Shown here piece by piece: positions 15,841 through 25,929 of a stretch of DNA of 64,000 nucleotides. The notes below the pieces were generated by a model, which was not told where the DNA came from, did not search any database, and saw nothing but the letters and a program-made list of their open reading frames with translations. Origin of the DNA: a virus; IMG/VR virus record IMGVR_UViG_3300027608_000013. One strand, written 5' to 3'. Every line of letters starts with the position of its first letter. Position 1 is the stretch's first letter. Both the position numbers and the translations under genes were made by a program.

Positions 15841-15926
15841 CTGTTCTATGAAACTTTTTTGGTAAAATGCTTGGATCGCATTGATTTTTTTCTTATATTT
15901 AGTGTATAATTAAAAAATAAGAGAGT

Positions 15927-16154
15927 ATGAAAATTCATGAAGTAGACCAAGCACAGCAACGGGCTTTGGAATATGGTTGGCCCGGACGAAGTTCCGATTC
16001 GCCCCATGCAAAAACAGGAAAATTTACGGGATATTGGCCATCCGGGCGATTAGCTTGGAAAGGTAGCTTTGTTTCTGGCGAACAATATGGTGTTTGGCAA
16101 TATATAAGCAAAGACGGAAAATCCCAAGCAGACCATGTTTATTGTAATCTTTAA
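15927..16154 (+). CDS. small MORN-variant/YwqK-like repeat protein
   Basis: GKFTGYWPSGRLAWKGSFVSGEQYGVWQYISKDGK. Confidence 0.7.
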   Translation: MKIHEVDQAQQRALEYGWPGRSSDSPHAKTGKFTGYWPSGRLAWKGSFVSGEQYGVWQYISKDGKSQADHVYCNL

Positions 16155-16163
16155 TTTTTAGCC

Positions 16164-16931
16164 ATGAAAGTACATTTTTTTACGAATTATCCAGATTTGG
16201 TTTTTGATACCGAAATGAATGAGATAGTTGCACCATCCGAGCGATGGTCTAATAGCAAACAAGTAACAATTGGTAAATTTTTATTTTTGCGATATTTGAA
16301 AAATAAGTATTCAAATAAGCCTAGATTCGAGACAAATTTTGTTGCAGAAATACGCCGTGCTTTTGGAGACGAATTACCAAAGCCTTTAAAGGAATTGTTA
16401 CAGTTTTTTGATGAAAATTATGACGTAGTTGAGCCATATTCATATAAAGAGGCATTTGAATGTCCATGGGGCTATTGGAAAGGCCTTGTTTTTAGTAGTA
16501 TCCGAGTATCTGATATGATTAAGGAATTAGGGCATCGTCGTATTGCGACAGCAGGAAGACCGGTTCGACATAAACAATTCTCAAAATCCGGGAAATTTTT
16601 AGGATATCACGAATATGATGTAATTTTTGAAACTCACGAAGTTGACGGACGAACATTAAATTTAACAAACAATATATTTGCAGTGCGTTGCTGGTGCACA
16701 ACTACAAATAATGAACATTGGTTGTGGATTGACCGTCAATATAGCGAAGATCCGTTGGAAGCAATCGCCCGAACATTTTTTGTGCACGAAAATTTGATTC
16801 CTTTTATAAAAGAATTAAAACGCCAAGGAGATATCTTATTGGTTGAATTAACACAAGAAGTTGATCCGCGCGGTCAAATGGTGTCTTTAAGCAAAGACCA
16901 ATATTTTGAATTGTTAACGGCACAAAGTTAA
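16164..16931 (+). CDS. hypothetical protein, DUF6745-like C-terminus
   Basis: AVRCWCTTT..EHWLWI....DPLEAIARTF recalls the CPST...AIAWTF motif. Confidence 0.55.
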   Translation: MKVHFFTNYPDLVFDTEMNEIVAPSERWSNSKQVTIGKFLFLRYLKNKYSNKPRFETNFVAEIRRAFGDELPKPLKELLQFFDENYDVVEPYSYKEAFECPWGYWKGLVFSSIRVSDMIKELGHRRIATAGRPVRHKQFSKSGKFLGYHEYDVIFETHEVDGRTLNLTNNIFAVRCWCTTTNNEHWLWIDRQYSEDPLEAIARTFFVHENLIPFIKELKRQGDILLVELTQEVDPRGQMVSLSKDQYFELLTAQS

Positions 16932-16993
16932 TTGTTCGGTTGGATTTTTCAAAAAGATATCTTATTATTTATGTAACCTTTAATTTATAGTAT

Positions 16994-17224
16994 ATGCAAA
17001 AAGTAGTTTTAGAACCGAGTACAAACACTCACCAATTAGAATCTGAAAAAGTAGAAGTAACCAATTTAGGTAATGGCATTTTGAAATTGAAAACGAGTGC
17101 TAACGGCGGAGTTGTTACTCACGGAGAGCATGGAACAATTGTAACTCAAAGCGAAAATATTATCAAATATGTTCAGCAAGAAGTCAATCCTATGACGCAA
17201 AGAATGGAAAATGCATTTGATTAA
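16994..17224 (+). CDS. small His-motif protein (THQL...VTHGEHGTI)
   Basis: ORF track; own promoter. Confidence 0.7.
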   Translation: MQKVVLEPSTNTHQLESEKVEVTNLGNGILKLKTSANGGVVTHGEHGTIVTQSENIIKYVQQEVNPMTQRMENAFD

Positions 17225-17241
17225 TCAATAAATGTATTTTG

Positions 17242-17265
17242 AAGCCCTTTAACGGGGGCTTTTTT
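17242..17265 (+). terminator. intrinsic terminator
   Basis: AAGCCCTT-TAAC-GGGGGCTT followed by a T-run. Confidence 0.8.
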
Positions 17266-17300
17266 ACTGTTCATATATTTATATTATATAAGGTATTATT

Positions 17301-17675
17301 ATGTTTGAAAAATTAGTTTCAGTATTAATGGGCTCGCGAGATCAAGCCCACGTGTTTCATTGGCAAACAAAAGGCCCGGGGTCATTTGCAGCACATAAAG
17401 CACTTGAAAAATTCTATGAAGCAATACCTGATATGCTAGATCTATTAGTTGAAACATATCAAGGAAAATATGGTATATGTGAAGGCTTTACAGCACCAGA
17501 TAATTTTTCTACATATGATAAATCAACAGCCGTTAAATATTTTAAAGGATTAGCAATGTATGTAGATAAAGCATATGAAAAGCTACCAAAAGAAGATACT
17601 AACATAATTAATCAACTTGATGGTTTTAAAGATTTAATTTATACAACCATTTATAAATTGGAGAATTTACAATAA
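17301..17675 (+). CDS. ferritin/Dps-like four-helix protein (phage DUF5856-type)
   Basis: HVFHWQT..SFAAHKALEKFYE...DLLVETYQGKYG...TIYKL. Confidence 0.8.
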   Translation: MFEKLVSVLMGSRDQAHVFHWQTKGPGSFAAHKALEKFYEAIPDMLDLLVETYQGKYGICEGFTAPDNFSTYDKSTAVKYFKGLAMYVDKAYEKLPKEDTNIINQLDGFKDLIYTTIYKLENLQ

Positions 17676-17824
17676 TGTCAGCTGCAAAAGTAAAACAAGC
17701 AACGGTTAAAATGCATAACGCAAAACCTAAAGTTAAAAGACCAAAGATTCATGCAAAATGCAAAACTAGTAAAAATAAAACTAGTAAGAATTACGTTAAA
17801 TCATATGTGAGCCAAGGAAGATGA
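17675..17824 (+). CDS. 49-aa very basic peptide (...KRPKIHAK...YVSQGR)
   Basis: Read by hand; stop/start overlaps on both sides. Confidence 0.65.
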   Translation: MSAAKVKQATVKMHNAKPKVKRPKIHAKCKTSKNKTSKNYVKSYVSQGR

Positions 17825-19866
17825 TACATTTATACAAAATATTAACTGAACAAGATACTGATTTTGATAAAGAACGTACGGAAGATGCATTATCAAAACC
17901 TAAAGATAAACTCAATGTTTTATTTATAGGCGATGGTGATACGCACTCTCAAGTTAGTTACGCAAAAGACATATTAAATTCAGGTGTCGTAACAGGTAAC
18001 ATTGTTTCTACTGCCGAAGGCGATATTACCAAAGTATTGTCGTTGTTACAAACTAACGTTGCTGGAAATTATGATATTGTATCATTAATGTTTAGTAACA
18101 TAGTTCCTAATAATAAAGTATCTGCAATAGAAGCACTTAAAATAATGTTTAATTCAATAGAAGATGCTGGTTCTAAACTTATTGCAATTTCACCTCCTAC
18201 GAAACAGTTTGCCCCATATGGTCATGTAAAATATGCATCCGTTCCGGAAATTGCAAATTGGATGAACACTCAACAAATTTCTGATTTTACTGTCGATGCA
18301 TATGTATTAACTGATAATAAAGCTCTTTTTCAAAAAAATAAAGTTTTATTAAATAAAGAAGGCCACGAAATAATTGCACGTCAATGGCTGAAATATTTAG
18401 CAGAAATAGATCCAAAAATTGATCCAAACATACTAGCTAAAAAAGATGCCGAGAAACAAAGAAAGGGTGCTGACAGTGAAATTAAATTGTTTAAACAAGG
18501 AGATAAATCACCTAAGTTGACAATATTGCAACAACGTTTAACTAGTTTAGAATATACAATTGATCCATCTGAATCTAAATCGGGTACATTTGGCGAATCA
18601 ACATATCAAGCCGTTAGAACATTTCAAACAATTAATGAAATGCCAGTAACGGGTTATATAGATGAAAATACCGCACGTGCTATATTGAAACCAAATGCTA
18701 GAGCATTTTCAAAATGGGCAAGTATGTTTAGTTCAGTATTACCAGATTTCATGAAAAATATGTTTGGTACAAAGTCTGCAGAAACATCCGGAATGGATTT
18801 TGGTAGTATCATATCAACTACCATTAATGCATTTGGAGATTATAAAGCAAGTTATTCTGATGATATTGCTACACAGACGGCTGCAATACTTAGAAAAGAA
18901 GAAGGTATGATTCTTACTCCGATGTGGGATGTTAACAATTGGCGTATTGGTCATGGTAGTAGTACTATTACGAAATCTGATGGAACTATTATAACATTAT
19001 CAAATAATAGAGCAGTAAAACCAAACGTAACAATTACAGAAGAAGATGCAGAACGTGATTTAAAACGTAGATTAAATTCAGAATTTATTCCATTAACTAA
19101 AAAATCATTAGGTTCAGCTTCGACTAAATATAACAATGCAACAATTGCAGCATTAACATCAGTTGCATATAATTATGGTAGAATACCTAAAACAGTTATA
19201 GATGCAGCACAAAGTGGCGATCCAAAACAAGTTGCGAATGCGGTTGGCGCATTATCAGCTAATAAAAGTCGACGACAACGAGAAGCTGGTTGGATACTAG
19301 GAAGTGTTGGCGCTACTGCATCAACATCTACAACTAGCAATTTAACTTCAACCAATAAACCATTAGGTAAAAGTATTGCAATTGGAGATTCATTAGTCCC
19401 ATATGTTGCCACCGGAGCTGGAATCGTACCTGGGCCTAAGGCAATTGATACATCAAATCCTGGGAATAATGGACTTTGGTATGGTGGAATTGCTGTAGGA
19501 TCGTTATTAGCTTTTGCTAATGCATTTAAGGGAGTAGATGAATCAGTTAAAAATGTAGTTATATCTATCGGAACAAATGGTATATATAGTAGAAGTACTA
19601 GTGTTATAAAGCAGCTAGTTTCTAGATTACATGTAATATTTCCGAATGCTAAACTACTAGTAGTTAAAGGAACATATGGATCAAAAATCATTTGGTCAAA
19701 ACCATTAATAAACGTATCTCAAAAAACAGTAGATGCATTTTATTCAGATTTTGCCGCAAATGGAGTAACAGTTATTCCGACTCCTATCGGAAATTTATCA
19801 GACGCACATGGCAATTATCCAGTTTACAAAACAATTGGCAGTGAAATACGATCACGTTTAAGTTAA
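17821..19866 (+). CDS. multidomain cell-wall hydrolase: SGNH-like, PG-binding, GH24 lysozyme, SGNH
   Basis: FIGDG...EGH; QGDK..LQQRL...GTFGEST..AVRTFQ; EEG..WDV...IGHG, YNYG, RRQRE; AIGDSL...IGTNG...DAH. Confidence 0.75.
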   Translation: MIHLYKILTEQDTDFDKERTEDALSKPKDKLNVLFIGDGDTHSQVSYAKDILNSGVVTGNIVSTAEGDITKVLSLLQTNVAGNYDIVSLMFSNIVPNNKVSAIEALKIMFNSIEDAGSKLIAISPPTKQFAPYGHVKYASVPEIANWMNTQQISDFTVDAYVLTDNKALFQKNKVLLNKEGHEIIARQWLKYLAEIDPKIDPNILAKKDAEKQRKGADSEIKLFKQGDKSPKLTILQQRLTSLEYTIDPSESKSGTFGESTYQAVRTFQTINEMPVTGYIDENTARAILKPNARAFSKWASMFSSVLPDFMKNMFGTKSAETSGMDFGSIISTTINAFGDYKASYSDDIATQTAAILRKEEGMILTPMWDVNNWRIGHGSSTITKSDGTIITLSNNRAVKPNVTITEEDAERDLKRRLNSEFIPLTKKSLGSASTKYNNATIAALTSVAYNYGRIPKTVIDAAQSGDPKQVANAVGALSANKSRRQREAGWILGSVGATASTSTTSNLTSTNKPLGKSIAIGDSLVPYVATGAGIVPGPKAIDTSNPGNNGLWYGGIAVGSLLAFANAFKGVDESVKNVVISIGTNGIYSRSTSVIKQLVSRLHVIFPNAKLLVVKGTYGSKIIWSKPLINVSQKTVDAFYSDFAANGVTVIPTPIGNLSDAHGNYPVYKTIGSEIRSRLS

Positions 19867-19896
19867 TACGTATATTTATATAAAAAAGAATCAAAT

Positions 19897-20493
19897 ATGA
19901 CACAATTTAAACGACTTTTAGAAAGTAGCGAAACTTTCCGAAAAATATTTAAAGAAGAAGCTAGTAGAATTAAAAGAATTCTCCGAGAATATAATGAAGC
20001 TGAAATATGGAAAAAACTTCCTGATTCTGTTCGCAAACAAGCATTAATGTCCGTTGATGATGACATGGGCCCGGATTATGCCGATGAATATTCAGATACA
20101 GAATGGATGCAATTGCCAGATGTTGTTACAAATAGAATTGATATTTCTAAATATGATATGCCCGATTCAATTAATCCAATGGCATTAGCAGATTATATAC
20201 AAAAAAATTCAAATAAATTACCAACTTACGCATGGTACCAATCAAGTGTTGGACCTAAATTGCGTACCGATCAAATAATTAAATTGTTACAGTCTGGATT
20301 GACATCTACAACATATGTAACTAAAGATGTTATAGGACAAATGATTGCTGCAGCTCCAGCATTAGATGAAATTGATTATAATCAATTGGTTGATAAAGCA
20401 GGAGACGGATCATCATTTACTCCATTCGCAGGAACAATTGGTGCACCATCAAAAAATAAAAATTATCCCGGTGGAACATATACAGGCGATTAA
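19897..20493 (+). CDS. hypothetical protein (FKRLLE tag)
   Basis: ORF track; late motif upstream. Confidence 0.75.
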   Translation: MTQFKRLLESSETFRKIFKEEASRIKRILREYNEAEIWKKLPDSVRKQALMSVDDDMGPDYADEYSDTEWMQLPDVVTNRIDISKYDMPDSINPMALADYIQKNSNKLPTYAWYQSSVGPKLRTDQIIKLLQSGLTSTTYVTKDVIGQMIAAAPALDEIDYNQLVDKAGDGSSFTPFAGTIGAPSKNKNYPGGTYTGD

Positions 20494-20684
20494 TGCACAA
20501 TGTACAATTCATATCAGTTAATGTAATTAATACAAACAATGATATCGTACATAAATTTATTAACACTAATCACATACAACAAATTTATCAGTCTGGAACT
20601 AATATTATAATAGAATTAACAGATTATACTTCTTTAGTTATACCAGATTTAAACGTTCATGTTTTTATGGACCGTTTTAAGTAA
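20493..20684 (+). CDS. small hypothetical protein
   Basis: ORF track. Confidence 0.65.
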   Translation: MHNVQFISVNVINTNNDIVHKFINTNHIQQIYQSGTNIIIELTDYTSLVIPDLNVHVFMDRFK

Positions 20685-20719
20685 TACATATATTTATAAT
20701 AAATAAAAAAGGTTAACAT

Positions 20720-20905
20720 ATGACATCACAAGAACTTTTCGAACAAATGGAACAGCACTGGTTATCGTTCAAAGAAAATCACGATCGTTTTCAAGAAAAA
20801 CAAGTTAAAGCTGCGGGCGTTAGAGCTCGTAAAGCAATTAACGAATTAAAAAAATTAGCAAGCAAATATCGCTCTACGCAATTAGCTGAATCAAAAGCTG
20901 TATGA
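20720..20905 (+). CDS. Hc1/histone-H1-like small DNA-binding protein (Bacteroidota type)
   Basis: KAAGVRARKAINELKKLASKYR motif. Confidence 0.75.
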   Translation: MTSQELFEQMEQHWLSFKENHDRFQEKQVKAAGVRARKAINELKKLASKYRSTQLAESKAV

Positions 20906-21693
20906 AAAAGATAGTACAATATAAATCACGCCTACGAGAACAGGAAGCTCCTGCTGCAGGAAAACTAGAAACAGATAATGCTCCTAGTTCAGATCCGGGT
21001 TCTTCGTTTACTCCAGCCGAACAAAAATTCCTAGGTAAATTTGATGCTCGTGGCACCAATCATTTAGGTATATTATATTCACCCTCTGAAATTGGTATAC
21101 AAGAATTTTTAAGTAGAACTGGAAAGGATTTGAATTGTACTCCTGAAATACTAGCTAAACTGCGTCATGATGGTATCATTGATATTGTTCCTTATTCTGG
21201 CTTCGGTCGCAATACTGATTATACAATTGAATTGAAATTATCATTAGACGATATTAAAGGAATGGGTGCTGAAGACGAAGCGGCAGCAGAAGCCGCTCCG
21301 GCTGCATCCGGTGCTCCAACAGATGGGGGCGCTGCTCCACCACCACCACCTCCCGGACCACCAATGGAATGGATTATGGGTTATGGTGACTTATTAACTG
21401 AAACTAGTTTATTTGCACATAAAGTTTTAACAGAGAAAATGGATAAAGATATAGTGCACGTTAAACCATCTCGCATCCTTAAAGAATTACCTAGAACATA
21501 TATTAAACATTTGATAACAATTATTGATACATTTTCAAGAAAAAAATATACAATATCAGAAAAACAACGTTTAATTGCAGATGTATTAGATAATTTAATG
21601 ATTAATTTTGATTTGACTCCTAAACAAATACAAAGATCATATGAAATGCATCGAGATCAAAAAAAATTAAAAAAAATCTTAAACGATAAATAA
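20902..21693 (+). CDS. hypothetical protein with Ala/Pro linker and several LxE sites
   Basis: ORF track. Confidence 0.75.
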   Translation: MKKIVQYKSRLREQEAPAAGKLETDNAPSSDPGSSFTPAEQKFLGKFDARGTNHLGILYSPSEIGIQEFLSRTGKDLNCTPEILAKLRHDGIIDIVPYSGFGRNTDYTIELKLSLDDIKGMGAEDEAAAEAAPAASGAPTDGGAAPPPPPPGPPMEWIMGYGDLLTETSLFAHKVLTEKMDKDIVHVKPSRILKELPRTYIKHLITIIDTFSRKKYTISEKQRLIADVLDNLMINFDLTPKQIQRSYEMHRDQKKLKKILNDK

Positions 21694-21760
21694 TTGGAAA
21701 TTGCAAATAGTTTTCATATATTTTAAATAAGAAACAAGTTATAAATTAAATTTTTTAAAA

Positions 21761-21970
21761 ATGGGTTATTACACCGCAAAAGTGCAATTGGTTGAAACGA
21801 TTGACACTCCGAAAGGAACAAAAGAAAAAAGAGTTACAGAAACGTATCTAGTAGAAGCATTATCAGTTACAGAAGCAGAGGCTAAAGTAATTCTAGACTT
21901 CAAAGGCGTTATGTTTGATTTTGAAGTAAAATCAGTGACTTCAAATAGAATCATTAAAATTATTGAATAA
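21761..21970 (+). CDS. DUF4494-like protein
   Basis: KRVTETYLVEALSVTEAEAKV motif typical of the Bacteroidota DUF4494 family. Confidence 0.75.
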   Translation: MGYYTAKVQLVETIDTPKGTKEKRVTETYLVEALSVTEAEAKVILDFKGVMFDFEVKSVTSNRIIKIIE

Positions 21971-22248
21971 TGCCATATAGAATTGGTGAAACGGTGGTTG
22001 TTACTCGGGAAGAAATCAACCATGTAGGTGTCGTTTTAGATTCATTTATTGTGAACAAAGGCATCATGTATGACGTATTATTAGAAAATCGCAGTGCATT
22101 TACCATGGTAAACACTAATACTTCTAACAATACTTATATTAACAAGCATTTATCTGGATTATTATGTGAATCTGGTATGATTCAAACAACCATTCCTTAT
22201 AAGGAAATGTTAGCTAATGATCAGTTACCAATCGTTAGAGCAAGCTAA
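21970..22248 (+). CDS. hypothetical protein
   Basis: ORF track. Confidence 0.7.
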   Translation: MPYRIGETVVVTREEINHVGVVLDSFIVNKGIMYDVLLENRSAFTMVNTNTSNNTYINKHLSGLLCESGMIQTTIPYKEMLANDQLPIVRAS

Positions 22249-22253
22249 GATAC

Positions 22254-22916
22254 ATGAAAAACGAAGAAATATTCAATCAAATTATACAGAACTTAGATTA
22301 TTCTGGTAAACAGTATGACATTTGGGATACAATGCAACCAACGGATCCGGATTATATGATGCATAGTCCCGCTCCAGTTGGTTATAATACTACTGCAGAA
22401 CAACGATTCTTAATGCAAAATCTGCTAATTGGTTTTAATGGCGGTAGTCTATTAGATATTGGTTGTGGTAGATGTGATTTATATGCCGTAGCATCCGAAT
22501 TGGCTGCGTTACAAGGCGATATCATTACGTATAATGCCATTGACCATAATCCTATAATGACGCAGTTAGGCGAAGAAAAATGGGGTCTAACAAAGATTAA
22601 TGTCGGAGCTTTTGAAACTGCTAAATTTAATCCACATGAATGGGTTGTAGCATCAGGAGTATTCACACAACGTCGTTGCAAAACAGAAAATGAAGATTTA
22701 ACAAAATTATTTGATGATGTTGATTTATTGTATAATATATCAACTCAAGTAGTATCATTCAATTTACTTAATCCAATCAACACAACACACCACGAAGGTT
22801 TCTTTTATGTGCATCCTGGTTTAATGTTGGATATGTTAATTGAAAAATATCAATACGTAACAATTAGAAACAATTATTCACGAGATGTCTATACTGTAAA
22901 CATCTATAAATTTTAA
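22254..22916 (+). CDS. class I SAM-dependent methyltransferase
   Basis: Motif I SLLDIGCGRCDL; WVVASGVF. Confidence 0.8.
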   Translation: MKNEEIFNQIIQNLDYSGKQYDIWDTMQPTDPDYMMHSPAPVGYNTTAEQRFLMQNLLIGFNGGSLLDIGCGRCDLYAVASELAALQGDIITYNAIDHNPIMTQLGEEKWGLTKINVGAFETAKFNPHEWVVASGVFTQRRCKTENEDLTKLFDDVDLLYNISTQVVSFNLLNPINTTHHEGFFYVHPGLMLDMLIEKYQYVTIRNNYSRDVYTVNIYKF

Positions 22917-22921
22917 ACAAC

Positions 22922-23308
22922 ATGATAAAAAGCGTAAATCACCCATGGGGTATTTCAGACAAGAAAAGAAAACAATTAGGCGACACTTGGGCAGATATTG
23001 ATTTTGTATTTCAAGATAAAATGTCAGCAGAGAACTTTAAGGAAGATCCAATGAATTGTACAATTGGTTATTTGCAAGTAGCTGGAACGAGTATTAAGAT
23101 GATGTATAAAGATTTAATTGCATCCGAAAAATCCATAATGGATCAAGCAAATCGTACTTATAATGCAAATCCAGAAGATTCCTTTTCGGTAGATATTAAA
23201 ACATATACAATGAATTTACGTCCCCACGAAATAGAAAAATTAGCGGAAACTTTGCAAGATTCTTTGACAAGTTGTTTGCGAGCTTATGAATTAGGACTAT
23301 ATATATAA
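22922..23308 (+). CDS. hypothetical protein
   Basis: ORF track. Confidence 0.7.
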   Translation: MIKSVNHPWGISDKKRKQLGDTWADIDFVFQDKMSAENFKEDPMNCTIGYLQVAGTSIKMMYKDLIASEKSIMDQANRTYNANPEDSFSVDIKTYTMNLRPHEIEKLAETLQDSLTSCLRAYELGLYI

Positions 23309-23313
23309 GTATA

Positions 23314-23502
23314 ATGAATACGTATACATACGCATATAAACAAGATTCTAAACAAGAACCAATTGGTCGTGTAATGGCAACGGGTTTGTACGAAGCACGA
23401 GAACAAATTGCTCAAATTAAACGGTTACCTGTAACTGAAATTGATGCATTATTTGTAATTAAAACGGAGAACGACCATGCAAACAAAATTCGAATCAATT
23501 AA
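23314..23502 (+). CDS. small hypothetical protein
   Basis: ORF track. Confidence 0.7.
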   Translation: MNTYTYAYKQDSKQEPIGRVMATGLYEAREQIAQIKRLPVTEIDALFVIKTENDHANKIRIN

Positions 23503-23914
23503 TGTTTCCCGAGAAGAATACAATTACTTTAAAACGTTATCTGAACAAGACCGTTTAGATTATGTATTCAATTTATATGCAACTGCCACAGTTGGAATCG
23601 ATTTATCAACTTTCTTTAGTGCAATACATAAAGCATTAGATAATCCAGAAGCAGCAGTTAAAACTACAAACATCGAACCTGACAAAACTACTAAGAATTA
23701 TGATCGAGTAGATGTAATGATTGATGACGAAATTATTATGGTAGAGGCAAATAGCTTAAGAGCAATGCGTCACGTAATTAATCGGTTCATGCAATCAGGA
23801 TACATATTGCAACGAGACATTGAACAAGAAAAAATGTTCCGCAAAGATAAAATGACTCGATATATGCGTATATTTTATATTGTAGATCAAATTAGTGGTA
23901 TTTGTTTTAATTAA
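23477..23914 (+). CDS. hypothetical protein
   Basis: ORF track. Confidence 0.7.
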   Translation: MQTKFESINVSREEYNYFKTLSEQDRLDYVFNLYATATVGIDLSTFFSAIHKALDNPEAAVKTTNIEPDKTTKNYDRVDVMIDDEIIMVEANSLRAMRHVINRFMQSGYILQRDIEQEKMFRKDKMTRYMRIFYIVDQISGICFN

Positions 23915-23919
23915 ACAAA

Positions 23920-24486
23920 ATGGCAAAAAAATCTAACGTACCTGAAAGCGTAGAAAAACAATTTAATAAGGCTCTCTTTAAAGAAGGAGAGCCTGTTTTA
24001 TTTACTTGGCTAGGTGCAAAAAAATATGGTTATGTTAAAACTTATAAAAAAGTTAGTTGGGGTATTCAATACAGTATTCTATCGTTCGGTACAACGTATC
24101 CGTGTGGTATTCAAATCAAAACGTATCGAACAAGTTACCATGTTGGATGCATCCTTTTCGAAGAAACAACCAATTATGGAGTTAATAAACTTGAAACCCG
24201 AATTGACTCCGGGCCAGAACCCCTTAGAGATACAGAAATTTTTAGAGACTCCCAAAGGCCAAACAATGAAGGCGGAAGCAATGATACAAGCTTGCGAGGG
24301 AATGCTAATAACGTTAACCGAAAAACTAAATCAAACGCCACCAGACCAAATAGCGTGGAGAATGATGTTCGGCCTAGCGATAATGGAGTGCAGCAACGCA
24401 ATACAAAAAAACGAAAAAACGTTGAACTTGACACGGCAATTGAACGACAAAGAAATTTCTTAAATGGATTTGTAAAACGAGATTAA
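23920..24486 (+). CDS. hypothetical protein with disordered C-terminal half
   Basis: ORF track. Confidence 0.65.
   Translation: MAKKSNVPESVEKQFNKALFKEGEPVLFTWLGAKKYGYVKTYKKVSWGIQYSILSFGTTYPCGIQIKTYRTSYHVGCILFEETTNYGVNKLETRIDSGPEPLRDTEIFRDSQRPNNEGGSNDTSLRGNANNVNRKTKSNATRPNSVENDVRPSDNGVQQRNTKKRKNVELDTAIERQRNFLNGFVKRD
24176..24463 (+). CDS. nested out-of-frame ORF (95 aa, helical; MELINLKPE...)
   Basis: Part of ORF-track 24014..24463; A-rich leader before ATG24176; protein-like amphipathic sequence. Confidence 0.45.
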   Translation: MELINLKPELTPGQNPLEIQKFLETPKGQTMKAEAMIQACEGMLITLTEKLNQTPPDQIAWRMMFGLAIMECSNAIQKNEKTLNLTRQLNDKEIS

Positions 24487-24582
24487 TTTTTTTAAAAAAA
24501 GTTTTTACGTTGGTTGGATAGTACTGTATTATTTTATATTATAATAATATAAATAATTAGTTAACCATTTAAAATAAGAGAC

Positions 24583-25095
24583 ATGAAAAAGTTAGTATTA
24601 GGATTTGCATTAGTAATTGGAATGATTGGTAATGCTCAACAATATCGAGGAATGCGTCAAGCTGAATTTAACTTTTTAAAAAAATACAATATCAGTTACA
24701 TGTCCCCATGGGGTAGAAGTGTAATAAATGATGTTTCAAATTTCGAAAGCTTTACTACAACAGATAAACGAACTTTAAAAAAAGCGTATGATAAGTTTCT
24801 TATTTGGAATAATAAATTTTCTAATAATCCAATAAATTCTAATGTTATTTTAGAACAACAAGATTTTTACTTTAAAGAATTAGATCCAAACCCATACCAG
24901 ATTACAGGCTTAGTTCGTATTAATATCGATAGAGATGATATTGAATATATAGAAATAGTTGAATATACCGTATTCCGAGGTGGGGTAAAAGATTATGAAT
25001 CTATAATTTTAGTAAAATATATTTATCATCCCGTTGAGCATTATTGGAATGATACATTTTATGAAGAATGCGGACAATGTCCGACATTGAATTAA
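24583..25095 (+). CDS. secreted/periplasmic protein with signal peptide
   Basis: MKKLVLGFALVIGMIGNA|QQ; AAAATAAGAGAC leader. Confidence 0.75.
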   Translation: MKKLVLGFALVIGMIGNAQQYRGMRQAEFNFLKKYNISYMSPWGRSVINDVSNFESFTTTDKRTLKKAYDKFLIWNNKFSNNPINSNVILEQQDFYFKELDPNPYQITGLVRINIDRDDIEYIEIVEYTVFRGGVKDYESIILVKYIYHPVEHYWNDTFYEECGQCPTLN

Positions 25096-25110
25096 ATTTA
25101 TATACAGTAT

Positions 25111-25139
25111 AAATGGGAGTTATTAGCTCCCATTTTTTA
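25111..25139. terminator. terminator between convergent genes
   Basis: AAATGGGAG...CTCCCATTT followed by a T-run. Confidence 0.7.
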
Positions 25140-25147
25140 TGTTTTAA

Positions 25148-25807
25148 TTATGCTACTACAACAGCGTCAACAATTTTTTGTAATACCGATGCCATTCCTG
25201 ATGCTGGTTTTTTTGATTGTTTCCAAAGATCTGCATTTGAAATTATACTACGAGATAACATACCAAGATATTTTGCATTTCTTATTATGTTATTTACATA
25301 TTGCACAAAAGTCGAAGTAGCAAATGCATCCCACGTGGCACTATCGAAATTTTTCCAACCAATACTTGTATCATCTGTTGGTAAATTTAAAAAATTATCA
25401 TTTAAGGTTATTACTGATGGAGTTTGTTCTCCCTCAACTGCACCATTAGCAGCAACAAATACTCCTGCTATATATCTCGGTACTGGACAGCCAAATTTAG
25501 ATTTTGCAATACAATATACACTAAAAGATAACCTTGAAGAAGTTACACTTCCACTTCCTGCATTAGTATTTTCAGCTTTTTTATCTAGTCTACAATATAA
25601 TTGCGTTCCTGCATATTCAACCAATTGGTTATATGGTAATTTACCTTTCCCAGCAGCAGCACAAGCTTTACCCATGGCAATTACATCTGGGTGTTTATTT
25701 ATTAAAACAGAACTTATTGCAGTTTGTTCCATTAATTTGTTTTTATCAGATTCAGATAAATTCTTTACTCCAAATCGAAGTAAATTTTCTGCTAAAATGT
25801 TTTTCAT
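25148..25807 (-). CDS. hypothetical protein (MKNILAENLLRFGVKNLSE leader)
   Basis: ORF track; late motif upstream on the - strand. Confidence 0.75.
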   Translation of the reverse strand: MKNILAENLLRFGVKNLSESDKNKLMEQTAISSVLINKHPDVIAMGKACAAAGKGKLPYNQLVEYAGTQLYCRLDKKAENTNAGSGSVTSSRLSFSVYCIAKSKFGCPVPRYIAGVFVAANGAVEGEQTPSVITLNDNFLNLPTDDTSIGWKNFDSATWDAFATSTFVQYVNNIIRNAKYLGMLSRSIISNADLWKQSKKPASGMASVLQKIVDAVVVA

Positions 25808-25929
25808 TGTTTTTGTATCCTTTAAAGGTTATTTTCTTTTATATAAATATATGTATCTAAAAAAAACATTTATTTTGATTTCTCCAAAAAATTTATTATA
25901 ATATAGTATAATCCATTAAACTTATTCAT

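Noticed and set aside
25113-25901. 262-aa plus-strand ORF
   Set aside because: It is the antisense shadow of the minus-strand gene 25148-25807, which has the promoter motif, a tag-like N-terminus and a terminator.
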